Below, piece after piece: positions 49,880 to 62,404 of a stretch of DNA of 64,000 nucleotides. Both the position numbers and the translations under genes were made by a program. This DNA is from Chiloscyllium plagiosum (Eukaryota), in the NCBI RefSeq assembly GCF_004010195.1, contig NC_057718.1, forward strand, positions 40,254,101 through 40,318,100. Direction: 5' to 3'. The notes below the pieces were generated by a model that made no database searches, was not told the origin of the DNA, and saw nothing but the letters and a program-made list of their open reading frames with translations. Position 1 is the first letter of the stretch. Each line of letters opens with the position of its first letter.

Positions 49880-50720
49880 TAGTATGCAGGTACATCAGGT
49901 AGTCAGGAAGGCAAATGGAATTTTCACATTTACTGCTAAAAGAATTGAAGTACAAAAGAAGAGTATATAGGGAGGTGTTTCTGCAACAGTACAAGACATT
50001 AATGAGACTACATCTGGAGTATTGTGGCCCCTCCAACTTGATGCATTTGAGGTAGTTCAGAGGATGTTCAGTAGATGATTCCAGAGAATATGGGTTTGTC
50101 TTGTGAAGAGAGTTGAGCAGTGTAGGCCTGTACTTCCTGGTGTTTAGAAGAATGAGAAGAGATTTAATGGAGGTATAAGGATGTGGAAGGGAGGTTTTCT
50201 CATGTGGGACAATCTAGAATGAGAGATTATAGTTTTAGGGTAAGGGTAGCAGATTTAAAAGAGATGAGCGGTTTGAAAGATTCTAATCTGCTTTTGTTGA
50301 ATAATACCACAGGTGCTTAAGCATTAATTGCTGAGCTATTGATTTGGGCAAATACATGAATAGGAAAGGTTTAGAGGGATATGGCCAAATACAGGCAAAT
50401 GCGGCTAGTTTAGTATGGGAAACCTGATCGCCATGGACTAGTTGGACTGAAGGGTCTGTTTCGTGCTGTATGACTCTATAATTCTGACTAAAATGGTTGT
50501 GGGTGTGTGATTTGTTACCTCAGCATGTAGTGGACACTGGGACAGTGAATAAACTTAAGGAGGGGATAGATTTTTAATTAGTATTGGGCTGAAGTGTTAG
50601 GGAGTGCAGGTACCAAAATGGAGTTGAGGCCAAAATTAGATCAGCTATGATTGTATTAAATGGCAGCAGAGCAGCCTCGAAGGGCTGAATTGCTTACTCC
50701 TGCTCCTAGTTCTTATGTAT
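49880..50720 (+). mobile_element. Degraded CR1 3' fragment with a second CR1 3' end nested at ~50345-50480
   Basis: catctggagtattgtg (HLEYC), tttagaagaatgagaagagatttaat (cf. RRMRGDL), two CR1-type 3' termini. Confidence 0.7.
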
Positions 50721-51155
50721 GGACATATTCGTCTCCAAGTTGCTGGAAAATAAGAACATGGATTAGGTGATTTTTCGTAGCTGAAGTCACTTCCTGTACC
50801 CAATATAGCTGTGACTTCAGTCATTGAGATCCCGGACTGTAGAATGTTTTTGAGGAGGTTCCATTTCCTCTCTCCCTGGAGCATTCTCAATATCCACCTC
50901 ATGATTAGATTTTGATCATCCCACCTAACAATTCCACCATTGGCTGAGCTTCCATTGCTGGTTGATTAAGTTTTGATCAAACACTTGGCTTTTATCTACT
51001 TAAACTTGCATTTGTGTATCATGTTCCGTCAAGCAGTGTTTTTAAGTTACAATTGTGACTATAGTATAATCAGATTTTCTTTAAAAGTTGCACTGTTCTA
51101 ATTGAGATGGACATATGTATGTAGTTATTTATGCTTTAAAATAATTTATTTATAG

Positions 51156-51282
51156 TTATCTGCATATTGGACATGCCAAAGCTGCTCTCCTGAATCAGCA
51201 TTATCAAGTGAGCTTTAAGGGGAAACTTATCATGAGGTTTGATGACACCAATCCTGAAAAGGAAAAGGAAGACTTTGAGAAG
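51156..51282 (+). CDS. EPRS1: EPRS1 exon 7 ([42 protein letters not shown]); HIGH motif at 51163-51174
   Basis: tatag|T...AAG|gttggt; 127 nt; class I synthetase HIGH signature. Confidence 0.98.
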
Positions 51283-51828
51283 GTTGGTATCAAATGTATT
51301 TAATAAATACATCTCTGTCTAAATATAACTGCAGTGATTATTTATTTTGACAACTGCAAGTGATTTATGATGAAAATTGTTCTTTATTAATATTCATATA
51401 ATTTGAATTATTTAAGTTTGTAATATATTTGTGTTTAATGACTGCTATATACTTTTCTCAAATAGTTTTGACTATTTGTAATAAAATAGTATTACATTAA
51501 GTCAACTAGATCATCATGGGTTAAGAGGCAATACAGAGAAAGAATGGACTGTACTAAATCTTAAAGATGTTATTATACTTTTTTGTCAGAAACCTCTGTT
51601 GCCCTTTCTTTTCCCTTTAGCCTAGAATATATACCTGAATAAGTCTCACTTCTTGTTTGAAACTTTTCTGAACAGTTTAATATATAAGCCTTTCAGAACA
51701 GAATTCCTTCATATTGAGGAAGTTAGGATTTTTCTTAACTTGCATTTCAGAATAAAACTAAGCTTGTTGCGTTGCATTGCATTCTAACAAGGAGTTCAAC
51801 TGTGTGTAACATTGACTGCTTTATTTAG

Positions 51829-52021
51829 GTTATACTGGAAGATGTTTCAATGCTACACATTAAACCTGATCAATTCACCTACACCTCTGATCACTTTGAA
51901 ATTATAATGCAATACGCTGAGAAAATGATTAGAGATGGGAAGGCCTATACAGATAACACACCTCCAGATCAAATGAAACAAGAACGTGAACAAAGGATTG
52001 AGTCTAAATGCAGGACAAATT
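51829..52021 (+). CDS. EPRS1: EPRS1 exon 8 ([24 protein letters not shown]...ESKCRTN)
   Basis: tttag|GTT...T|gtgagt; 193 nt. Confidence 0.97.
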
Positions 52022-52745
52022 GTGAGTACCATTGAAAATTCTGCTCGGCGGTACTCTAGCCTTTATTCAATATTTGTAATTCTCTTTCCAACTCCTTTTA
52101 AATGAAAATGATTCATGCATGGCTATGATTTCACATGTTGCCTTGAGACTAGATGCTCTGTGTTGCTAAGTTTCTTGACTACACTGGATATCATATTTAA
52201 TTTCATATCAGCCCTCATTTGATCTCTTTCTGCAGTTTTTATAAATGCTGAACATTATGTACCTGTCCCGTGCCAAACCCAATGAAACTTATTGTATTAT
52301 GATTGCCTAATTAAACACAGTACTCGGATAAAAGCTGGAAGTTTTAAAATCTGCATAAATTAAAACAACATTAAGAGTTGCTTGTTTAAAGACTTTATTC
52401 CGAATGGTCATCTATTCTTAAAAATGGCAGAAGTAAGCAAGAAGTAGATTTTCAGTAAATTTCTTCTTAGGAAAAATGTAAGAGCATTCTCAGAGTGTGA
52501 ATAAATGTAAGGTGACATGCTGGAGTGTTGGAATAGCTGAAACACTGTCAGAATCAACTCCCAATTATACCTTTGTAATGTACAGGTGTTCTTGCATGGT
52601 ATTAAATGTTAAAAAAACTTATAGATTTCTAATACTAAAGGTGACTATAATGGATGAAGGATTCCTTTTGTATTCATTTAGTATTTGTGTTCTTTGGAAA
52701 TATAAATAAAATGTTTGACCATTGCATGTAATTTGTTTGTTGAAG

Positions 52746-52917
52746 CTGTGCAACAGAACATGAAAATGTGGGAAGAGATGAAGTCTGGAACGGAGTATGG
52801 GCAAAGCTGCTGTTTACGAGCAAAGATTGACATGACTTCTAATAATGGTTGCCTCAGGGACCCCACACTCTACCGATGCAAGAACATGCCGCATCCACGC
52901 ACAGGACTCAAATACAA
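52746..52917 (+). CDS. EPRS1: EPRS1 exon 9 ([15 protein letters not shown]...CCLRAKIDM...RDPTLYRC...HPRTGLKYK)
   Basis: tgaag|CT...AA|gtgaag; 172 nt; phase consistent with both neighbours. Confidence 0.94.
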
Positions 52918-53970
52918 GTGAAGTATACCAGTCAAATTTAGGTTTTGCAAATATCATTCTTGGATTTTTTTGTCATTTTTAATCTTTGTTAAAAAAAAAG
53001 TCAGATCCTTCTCATGAGATCTCAGTGCTGCTGTGGTGTCAGGAAGTATATGCAAGTATCCTAGACTAACACTGACTGAGAACAACAGAGAAATATTATA
53101 TCCTGTCCTCCTTTCCCTCTTTACTCATTCCAACTCCTCACTTACCTGTGTACAGTTGTAGCAATGCTGTTAACTGCATATTAAGATTATTGTGTTAGGG
53201 TGAAATTGATCATGTACAAATGTTTGGTTGTTTTTGATTTAACTCTTCAGTTATCCAATAAGTACTCATCAACAGATAATCATTAAAGCTCAGATTTAAT
53301 AATTTATGCAAGTAGAGATAAAGGGAATATTTATGGCCTTTTAGTTAATTCAGGCAAACACCGTTAAATACAAAAATCTGGAGAATGCTGTCAGATGTAC
53401 CATTCCTCCCCAGGCTGCAGAAGACAAACTTCCTTTCTCTTGAATGGCAATTATTTCTTCAGCATGGTTTATACAGCCCAAATTAGAGCTTGCCCATTCT
53501 ATTTTAACAGAATTCGTATTTTAACAGATAGTATGAATTATTAACAAACACCCTTTTCAACACTGATTAGTTTCCACAAATATGGAATCTCATCCCTAAG
53601 ATTTTAATGTTAGAATTTTACTTTTTTTAATGTGTGTTTTCTGTGTCTCTTCATTCTTAATGCAAACTTTCTTTTTTCCTCTTTGCCATCTGTACTTAAT
53701 TTGGGGGATAGAGTGAGAAGGTGGTGGTGGGATAGTGATGCTATAGGCTGAAGGTGAACTGAGATGATGTGGTTGGGAATAAGGCTCTGAAGGGATTTGA
53801 AAGCAGGGATGAGAATGTTGAAATGGAGATATTTTATTAACTGAGATTCAGTGTAGACCAGGAAATATTGAATGAACTCCGGCACCTTGTGCATGTAATC
53901 TGAGGAATATCCTTGATGTTGTGCTGATCTGTAATGAAATTATGTCTACTGGTTTCATGGAAACTCTTGA

Positions 53971-55750
53971 TTGCAGGTAAAGGGATGGCTGGAAAATGGG
54001 AAGCCTTCAGAAACATGATAACAAGAATTCAGAGAAAGTATATTACTGTCATGGTGTAAGGGAAAGCTGGTAGGTATAGGGAATGCCTATATTGAGGGTT
54101 TGGTTAAGAAAAAGAAGGAAGCATGTGTCAGGTATAGACAGGATTGATCGAGTGAATCCTTAGAAGAGTATGAAGAAAGTAGGAGTATACTTAAGAGGGA
54201 AATCAGGAGGGCAAAATGGAGACATGAGATAGCTTTGGCAAATAGAACTAAGGAGAATCCAAAAGGTTGTTACAAATATATTAAGGAAAAAAGGGTAACT
54301 AGGGAGAGAATAGGGCCCCTCAAAGATCAGCAAAGCGGCCATTGTGTGGAGACACAGAAAATAAGGGAGATACTAAATGAATATTTTGTATCAGTATTTA
54401 CTGTGGAAAAGGATATGGAAGATATAGACTGTAGGGAAATAGATGGTGACATCTTGCAAAATGTCCAGATTACAGAAGAAGAAGTGCTGGATGCCTTGAA
54501 ACGGTTAAAGGTGGATAACTCCCCAGGACCTGATCAGGTGTACCCGAGAACTCTGTGGGAAGCTAGCGAATTGATTGCTGGGCCTCTTGCTGAGATATTT
54601 GTATCATCGATAGTCACAGGTGAGGTGCCGGAAGACTGGAAGTTGGCAAACATGGTGCCACTGTTTAAGAAGGGCGGTAAAGACAAGCCAGGGAACTATA
54701 GACCAATGAGCCTGACCTCGGTGATGGGCAAGTTGTTGGAGGGAATCCTGAGGGACAGAATGTACATGTATTTGGAAAGGCAAGGACTGATTCGGGATAG
54801 TCAACATGGCTTTGTGCGTGGGAAATCATGTCTCACAAACTTGATTGAGTTTTTTGAAGAAGTAACAAAGAANNNNNNNNNNNNNNNNNNNNNNNNNNNN
54901 NNNNNNNNNNNNNNNNNNNNNNNNNNNNNNNNNNNNNNNNNNNNNNNNNNNNNNNNNNNNNNNNNNNNNNNNNNNNNNNNNNNNNNNNNNNNNNNNNNNN
55001 NNNNNNNNNNNNNNNNNNNNNNNNNNNNNNNNNNNNNNNNNNNNNNNNNNNNNNNNNNNNNNNNNNNNNNNNNNNNNNNNNNNNNNNNNNNNNNNNNNNN
55101 NNNNNNNNNNNNNNNNNNNNNNNNNNNNNNNNNNNNNNNNNNNNNNNNNNNNNNNNNNNNNNNNNNNNNNNNNNNNNNNNNNNNNNNNNNNNNNNNNNNN
55201 NNNNNNNNNNNNNNNNNNNNNNNNNNNNNNNNNNNNNNNNNNNNNNNNNNNNNNNNNNNNNNNNNNNNNNNNNNNNNNNNNNNNNNNNNNNNNNNNNNNN
55301 NNNNNNNNNNNNNNNNNNNNNNNNNNNNNNNNNNNNNNNNNNNNNNNNNNNNNNNNNNNNNNNNNNNNNNNNNNNNNNNNNNNNNNNNNNNNNNNNNNNN
55401 NNNNNNNNNNNNNNNNNNNNNNNNNNNNNNNNNNNNNNNNNNNNNNNNNNNNNNNNNNNNNNNNNNNNNNNNNNNNNNNNNNNNAGGGGAAAGATATAAA
55501 AGAGACCTAAGGGGCAACATTTTCACGCAGAGGGTGGTACGTGTATGGAATGAGCTGCCAGAGGATGTGGTGGAGGCTGGTACAATTGCAACATTTAAGA
55601 GGAATTTGGATGGGTATATGAATAGGAAGGATTTGGAGGGATATGGGCCGGGTGCTGGCAGATGGGACTAGATTGGTTTGGGATATCTGGTCGGCATGGA
55701 TGGGTTGGACTGAAGGTTCTGTTTCCATGCTGTACATCTCTATGACTCTA
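53971..55750 (+). mobile_element. 5'-truncated CR1 LINE, same subfamily as 19711-21603, containing an assembly gap
   Basis: ORF 54235-55671 DNSPGPDQVYPR...GKLLEGILRDRMYMYLERQGLIRDSQHGF; 3' end ctctatgactcta. Confidence 0.95.
54873..55484. other. Assembly gap (612 N)
   Basis: N run. Confidence 1.
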
Positions 55751-56362
55751 AATGGTCCACGGAAAGCTAAGCTATACTTTAGTTTTTTTTCCTCGTTATT
55801 CTGTTAATTAGAGACTGGTTATTAGGTCCCTCACTGTTCATATGACACACAATTTACATGTTGTTTGGGTGAAATTTTCAACGTGCTCTTATTGTGAATT
55901 GCATGTTAGCTGGTAAAATTGTTCAATAGCTCTTCAATCTTGTTGATTTGGGTTATGGGGAAACTGCAGTCACTCAGGATATTTTTTTTGATCTGAAGTA
56001 AAGATTGATAATTTCTTCATTTGTTAAGACTGGAGGCTAGTTGTCATTGAAGGGTTCTTGATCTCAGGAAAAAAAAGCTGAGGATATGTTCTCTTGTCCA
56101 TAGAAGGAACATTTGGTTGGATTAATCCAACCATCATGTGAAGACAAGTCAATTGAATCCAGTATGTTGAATATACAACTTGCATTTGTGTATAAAATGA
56201 GGCCCATTCTCTCCCATGCCCCCCCCCCCAACCCCTTTGTTTGTCACACTGAAACGCTCTTTTTTGCTATGGATGGCTGGTTCTTATTTCTCTATCCCTC
56301 TTCTCCTTTCTGTCCCTTCTCCCTATAGAAAGCTCGTTCATGGCTAGTCGAGATTTTTGACA

Positions 56363-56637
56363 GGCTCAGTGGTTAGCACTGCTGCCTCACAGCACCAGGT
56401 TCGATTCCAGCCTTGGGTGTCTGTCTGTGTGGAGTTTGCACATTCTCCCTGTGTCTGCGTGGGTTTCCTCCCACAGTCCAAAGTTGTGCAGGTTAGGTGA
56501 ATTGGCTATGCTAAATTGCCCATAGTGTTAGGTGCGTTAGTCAGAGGGAAATGGGTCTGGGTGGGTTACTCTTCGGAGGGTTGGTGTGGACTGGTTGGGC
56601 CGACGGGCCTGTTTCCACACTGTAGGGAATCTAATCT
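56363..56637 (+). mobile_element. HE1-like V-SINE
   Basis: ggctcagtggttagcactgctgcctcacagcaccaggttcgattcc...tgtagggaatctaatct. Confidence 0.9.
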
Positions 56638-57143
56638 CACAATAGCGAGTGATGAGAGAAATAATGTGAAATAGAATGAACAAAACAAAATATTTTGCTG
56701 AGTCAGTTAAATTTGCATGTTGCTTGGTTGTACTATCTTCTTATATGGCTCTACTGTGCATACTACAAAGTTGTGGGTAATATAATTTCAAGGGTTATCC
56801 ATATCTGGAGACAATGAAATGGAGTTTAGGGAAAGGAAACTATGTATGGTTGACAGGAGTCATGTGAGATGCAGTTTAACATGCTAGCGTTCTGCATCTT
56901 CAAAGAATGTCTTAGTGGTAAATAAATTATTTAACCATGTGATGCAGTGCGTGTAAATAAACCAGGGCTGAAGGATATTTTTCAGGAAATATTACTCAAG
57001 CAAAAACCGATTAGTAGTAGCAATGCAATATCATGGAGATACGTTAAAGAAACCTGCAGCTAGATGTGCTAACAAAATAATAGTATTTAAAATCTGTAAA
57101 GATGAGTTCTGAAAGGCTTTTGCTCAAAACAATCTTGTGATGA

Positions 57144-57455
<312 letters not shown>

Positions 57456-57516
57456 TAATTTTGCAATAAAACTGTGAAATTGATTGATTTTTGAATTTTG
57501 AACATGTGTAATTTAA

Positions 57517-57687
<171 letters not shown>

Positions 57688-57902
57688 TGAATGTGAACTT
57701 GATGGTTCTCACTATAGGTCCAAAATATGTTGTCTGACATGGTTTTGATGATCTTACTTTGCAACTCTTTGCTGACTGAAAGCCCCTAATTTTCTTTGGA
57801 AACATATATTATACTTCAGTTTGTTTTGTAAAAATGTTTGGAAAAGTGTATTGCTGTTCGTGGTTCGCTGCATTAAAGGTTGTATGTGTTTTATGATTAT
57901 AG

Positions 57903-57962
57903 GGTGGCTCAAGGTCTGTTGTGAACATGGAGTGGGACAAACTCTGGGCTTTTAACAAAAAG
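57903..57962 (+). CDS. EPRS1: EPRS1 exon 12 (GGSRSVVNMEWDKLWAFNKK)
   Basis: tatag|GGT...AAG|gtaaat; 60 nt. Confidence 0.97.
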
Positions 57963-59506
57963 GTAAATATGAGCTAATATAATCGTCTTTGCACCTTGTT
58001 CATATCCATCACTGATATTGCAATTTTTTATATTTGAATATATACAAATTACAGCTCTGAGGAAAATGGAATGTTTTTGTGTCTGGTTACTTGGTGATAA
58101 ATGTATTGTTTTCTGATGCTTTAAATTGTATGAGAAATCCAATTTTGGATGAAACGTTTATCTTGGTTGGAATAATAGTATGAAAAAAACATAATATTCT
58201 TTAACCCCAAAATTGTGCAAATTTATTGAATTAAGCACAAATTATGCATTACATTTTCTGCTTCTTTCAAGCTGCAAGCTAACTGTAACAAGGTATTACT
58301 TAACAATTTTCTGCTTTGACTAGAGTACTTCACAGCTTGAATAGCATGGCAATAATGCATTAGATTCAAGATGTGTGCACAGCCAGTTGTCTTTTTAACT
58401 ACTGTTGTGATTGTGGTTTAGCTGGTCGGGTTTTCTGCACATGTTGACAGCAAAATGACTGTGTAGCGTTTTGAATATTTGCTTAGGTAAATAGTTAATA
58501 TGGCAGTGATTATTGCTCTGTATACTTGGAGCAACCTTTCTAAAGCACTTTTAAGAATTATTTTTAATTCTACTCCAAAAGTCAAAACTGTTTAATTTCT
58601 TTGCTCAATAGCAAATCTGAATGAAAGTGTATTGGTTGTTAAGAGGACTAACTTTCTATACTCCTGTGAATAGATGAGAATTCATATTTGAGTAATTTAA
58701 CAAATTGAAAATCAGTTAATACTAATCTAAACAGGGGTTTTTTTAAAAATATAATATTTGTTATTCTGGTTTGTATTTTTAATGTAATACAATATTGTTT
58801 TAATATGTTCTATTCAAAATGCTGTACCAAGTGTAATCTAATATAAAATCAGCACACTTATGATGTCCAATGTATAGTACTATAGTACTTGGATGTCCTT
58901 TTCTGACGAGGAAAGGAGCATAATGCATTATACAATTCATGAGCTCACTTTGTAAATTTGGCAACACACATTAAGTGAGACTGAGATTTAAAGAATTGAG
59001 TGCAGAAATACCATTCTAGGACTTTGGCTGCCCAGCTAGAGTCTTAATCTAAACCATTTGAATCTGGCATCTTGTGTTAATGTCTTGCTAACCTTTCCAT
59101 TTGCTTGTAGTTCAATGCCGCACTTCTCAGTTTTTTCATATCTATCTTTTTTCTTTTATTAATTTTTAAACATTTTTGCGCCTCTCAAAGGATTGTTTGC
59201 GTTGTTGCAGTTAACTGCAAATGAAGATACACAAATTTTAATTGGCCTTTATTTAAAATTAAATTAGACTGTTATAATTAATTTAACCTCTATGTATAGA
59301 CTTCTCGAAAATAAATAATACCATTTTAAGTGAACTAACAGCTTTTCAGAAAATAGCTACAAGTTTTCCAATGCTTTCTGTTTTAACTAATTGTTGGTTG
59401 CAGCAAGCTAAACAATTCCGTATGCCTTTGTTTGGATATTGCATGCAGGTGAATACGGAACATCAAGTTATATATAGACAAAATGATCTATACTTATTTA
59501 CTTCAG

Positions 59507-59617
59507 GTTATTGATCCAGTGGCACCTCGGTATACCGCATTATTAAAGGATGCAGTGGTGCCTGTGAATGTGCCAGAGGCCAAGGAAGAGATGAAAGATG
59601 TGGCCAAGCATCCTAAG
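59507..59617 (+). CDS. EPRS1: EPRS1 exon 13 ([37 protein letters not shown])
   Basis: ttcag|GTT...AAG|gtaata; 111 nt. Confidence 0.97.
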
Positions 59618-60129
59618 GTAATAGGGTCTATAAATGAAGGGTGGGGTGTGTAATATAGAATCCACCTTACTTTCACTTGTTGAGAAATACACTGAGGGAA
59701 AGGAGATGGAGGATAAAAATCTTGTATGAGAATGATTTCCTTGTGTGCGTACACATGCACATACACACACAGTCCTCCCTCTCTACCTCTCATGCACACA
59801 AAATTCTTAGTTTGATTAATTGATGCTTAGACTGAATTTTGATTCATTGGGGCTTTGAAATGGAAAATTTATTTTCTTTTTCAAATTTTTCAGTCATATG
59901 GGTTAAGAAATGTAGAGAGGGGAGGGCCATGCATCCCATTGAATCTGCTCTGCTATTCCATTAGATTGTGGCTGATCATCCAAGTGCCACATTCCTGCAA
60001 TACTTCCATATCCCTTGATGTTACTCCTCAGAAATCTTATTCAATGTTTGAACTTCTACAACCCTTTAGTGTGGAGAATTCCAAAGATTCACCACACTGA
60101 GTAAAGAAATCCCTCCTCAATAAGACACT

Positions 60130-61312
60130 TGAAAAGTCACAAAGCAATCCAGTAGTGTCAACAAGGCTTTATGAAGAGCTGTTCATGTTTGACTAATTTA
60201 GAAGCAAAGTGGACCATGGGAGTCCTGTAGGTGCCACACAAAAGGTTATTACACAGGGTAAGATTGCACAGTGTTATGGGTAATATATTAACTTGTATAG
60301 TGGATTAGCAACCAACAGAAAGTAAACTCAGGATAAATGTTTTTTTCCCTGGTTGGCAAGCCGTAACATCCGCTCTATGTAGGCTTGTAGGCTGCCAAAG
60401 GGTTCAGTCCTTGGGCCTAAGCTATTTACAATCTTTTTAATTACCTGACTGCAACGATAAGCCAAACTTGCAAATTAAATGAAAATAGGTTGGAAAATCA
60501 CCAGTGATGAAGAAATGAGAAACGGATAGGTTAGGTGAATGGCCAAAAGTTGCTGATGGTGTTTAACATGGATAGGTATGAGGTTATTCATTTTGATTTG
60601 AAAAAGAAAAAGGCAACTTCTTACCTAAGTGGAGAGAAACTTCAGAGTGCTTCGCTGTGTAAGGAACTGCGTGTTCTCATGTATCAATCGCAGACAGCTA
60701 GTATGCAGGTGTGTTCGTTAATAAGGTCAAATGGAATTTTAACTCTAATTAATGTAATTGCAGTAATTCAGAGAAGGTTTGCAAGATAAATTCCAAAGAT
60801 GACAGATAAATGTTATGAAGAGAGATTGAGCAGTTTAAGCCTATAGTCACTAGAGCTTAACAAATAAAATATTTAATTGAGGTTTATAAGATGCTGAAGG
60901 GGATTGACAAAGTAGACATGGAGCGGATGTTTCCCCTTGTGGGCAATCTGGAAAGCGAGGTCGTGATTTTAGGCTAAGGGTTACCAGATTTACAATCTAA
61001 GTAAGGAGGAATTAATTCTCTTAAATGGTCTTGAATCTGTGGAATTTTGAATTTGAATTAGCTTTATTGTCACTTACTCAAATGAGTACAGTGCAAAGTT
61101 TCTTAGTAACCACTTACAGTGCCATCTTAGGAACAAAATACAGCTTCTGGAATTCTCCTTGAGAGGACAGATTTTTAATTAGTAATAAGTTAAATGGTTA
61201 TTGGGAGCAGGCAGGAAAGATGGAGTTGAGGCATAGATGAGGTCAGCTGTGATTTTATTAAATGGCGGACAAGGTTTGAAGGGCTGAATTAACTATTTTT
61301 GCTCCTTATGTT
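60130..61312 (+). mobile_element. Degraded, internally deleted CR1 LINE
   Basis: Remnants of QQGF, GSVLGP-LF, LIEVYKML and a CR1-type 3' UTR; boundaries approximate. Confidence 0.7.
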
Positions 61313-62086
61313 AAATGACCTAGCCCATATGCTGAAATAATGTTCCTTGATTTTAGACTCAGTAGCCTAGGAAGCATTTTATTTGCATCCACCTGTCATG
61401 CCCTTTAAGAATTTTAAGTTTCAATAAGGTTAGCCCTCATTCTTCAAAACACTAAGGAATATAGATGGTCTCCTCAATCTCTTTTCATAAAACAATCCTA
61501 TCTGAGTGATTAGTAGAGAGAATGTCTGTGCATGCCCTTTACGGCAAGTATACAGCTCTTTAGCTAAGAGAAGCAAAGCTCTACGTGGTACACCAGGTAC
61601 AGTCTCAACATGCCTCTGTACAGCAACAGCAATTTGCACTCAAGTCCTTTGGTCATGAAGGCTAACATACCAAATGCCTGTCTAATTCATGCTTACATCT
61701 ACCTATTAACTTTGAGATTCTTCAAGGGAACCTTTGGCCACCTCATTTCTCATCCTGTCACCATAAGCACTTCTATCTTTTTGGAATCTAGATATATGTT
61801 GAGAAAACCTAAGGCTTATTATTAGCATTGAAATATGCATAAGTTTGAACTGGTATTTCATTTTATCTTTACTGGAATCCATAATGAGTGAATAGTTTTA
61901 GATTGTTTTGTAGTGGCAGGTTAAATCTGTGAAATCCATGCTGAGTAGTAAACAAGGTTTTGTAGATATATAGAACTTGCACTTGCCTTAATGTCATGAT
62001 TTGTAATACAGCTGTACTTATTTTCCTTCTAATCATTAGTGTTTCTTCTTCCCTTCTAACCAAACCTTTTTTTTTGTTGTTGTCAG

Positions 62087-62223
62087 AATCTGGAAATAGG
62101 GCTGAAGTCTGTGTGGTATGGACCGAAAGTACTAATTGAGGGAGCAGATGCTGAAACTTTGACAGAAGGAGAAATGGTTACTTTTATTAATTGGGGTAAC
62201 ATCAACATCACTAAAATTAACAG
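62087..62223 (+). CDS. EPRS1: EPRS1 exon 14 ([45 protein letters not shown]); gene continues beyond the window
   Basis: gtcag|AAT...AG|gtgaga; 137 nt; anticodon-binding region of GluRS. Confidence 0.97.
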
Positions 62224-62245
62224 GTGAGAGAGTAGTTTTGTAGTA

Positions 62246-62404
62246 CAGAGGAACCTCGATTCTCCAAAGGACACGGGTGGGGAGTATTTCGATCGGTTAA
62301 TCGAATGCCGGATAACATAGTTTAGCCAAACACCACGGCCTTGCGATCTTGCCAGATAATCCGAACTTTGGTTAATCAAATGCTGGATAATCAGCATTCC
62401 TCTG
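62246..62404 (-). mobile_element. Tigger-derived MITE, same family as 45397-45533, opposite orientation
   Basis: TA|cagaggaacctcgattctcc...ggataatcagcattcctctg|CA; internal gccggataacatagtttagccaa is the reverse complement of 45457-45479. Confidence 0.88.

Noticed and set aside
54235..55671. 478-aa ORF
   Set aside because: CR1 ORF2 fragment whose length is inflated by a 612-N gap.
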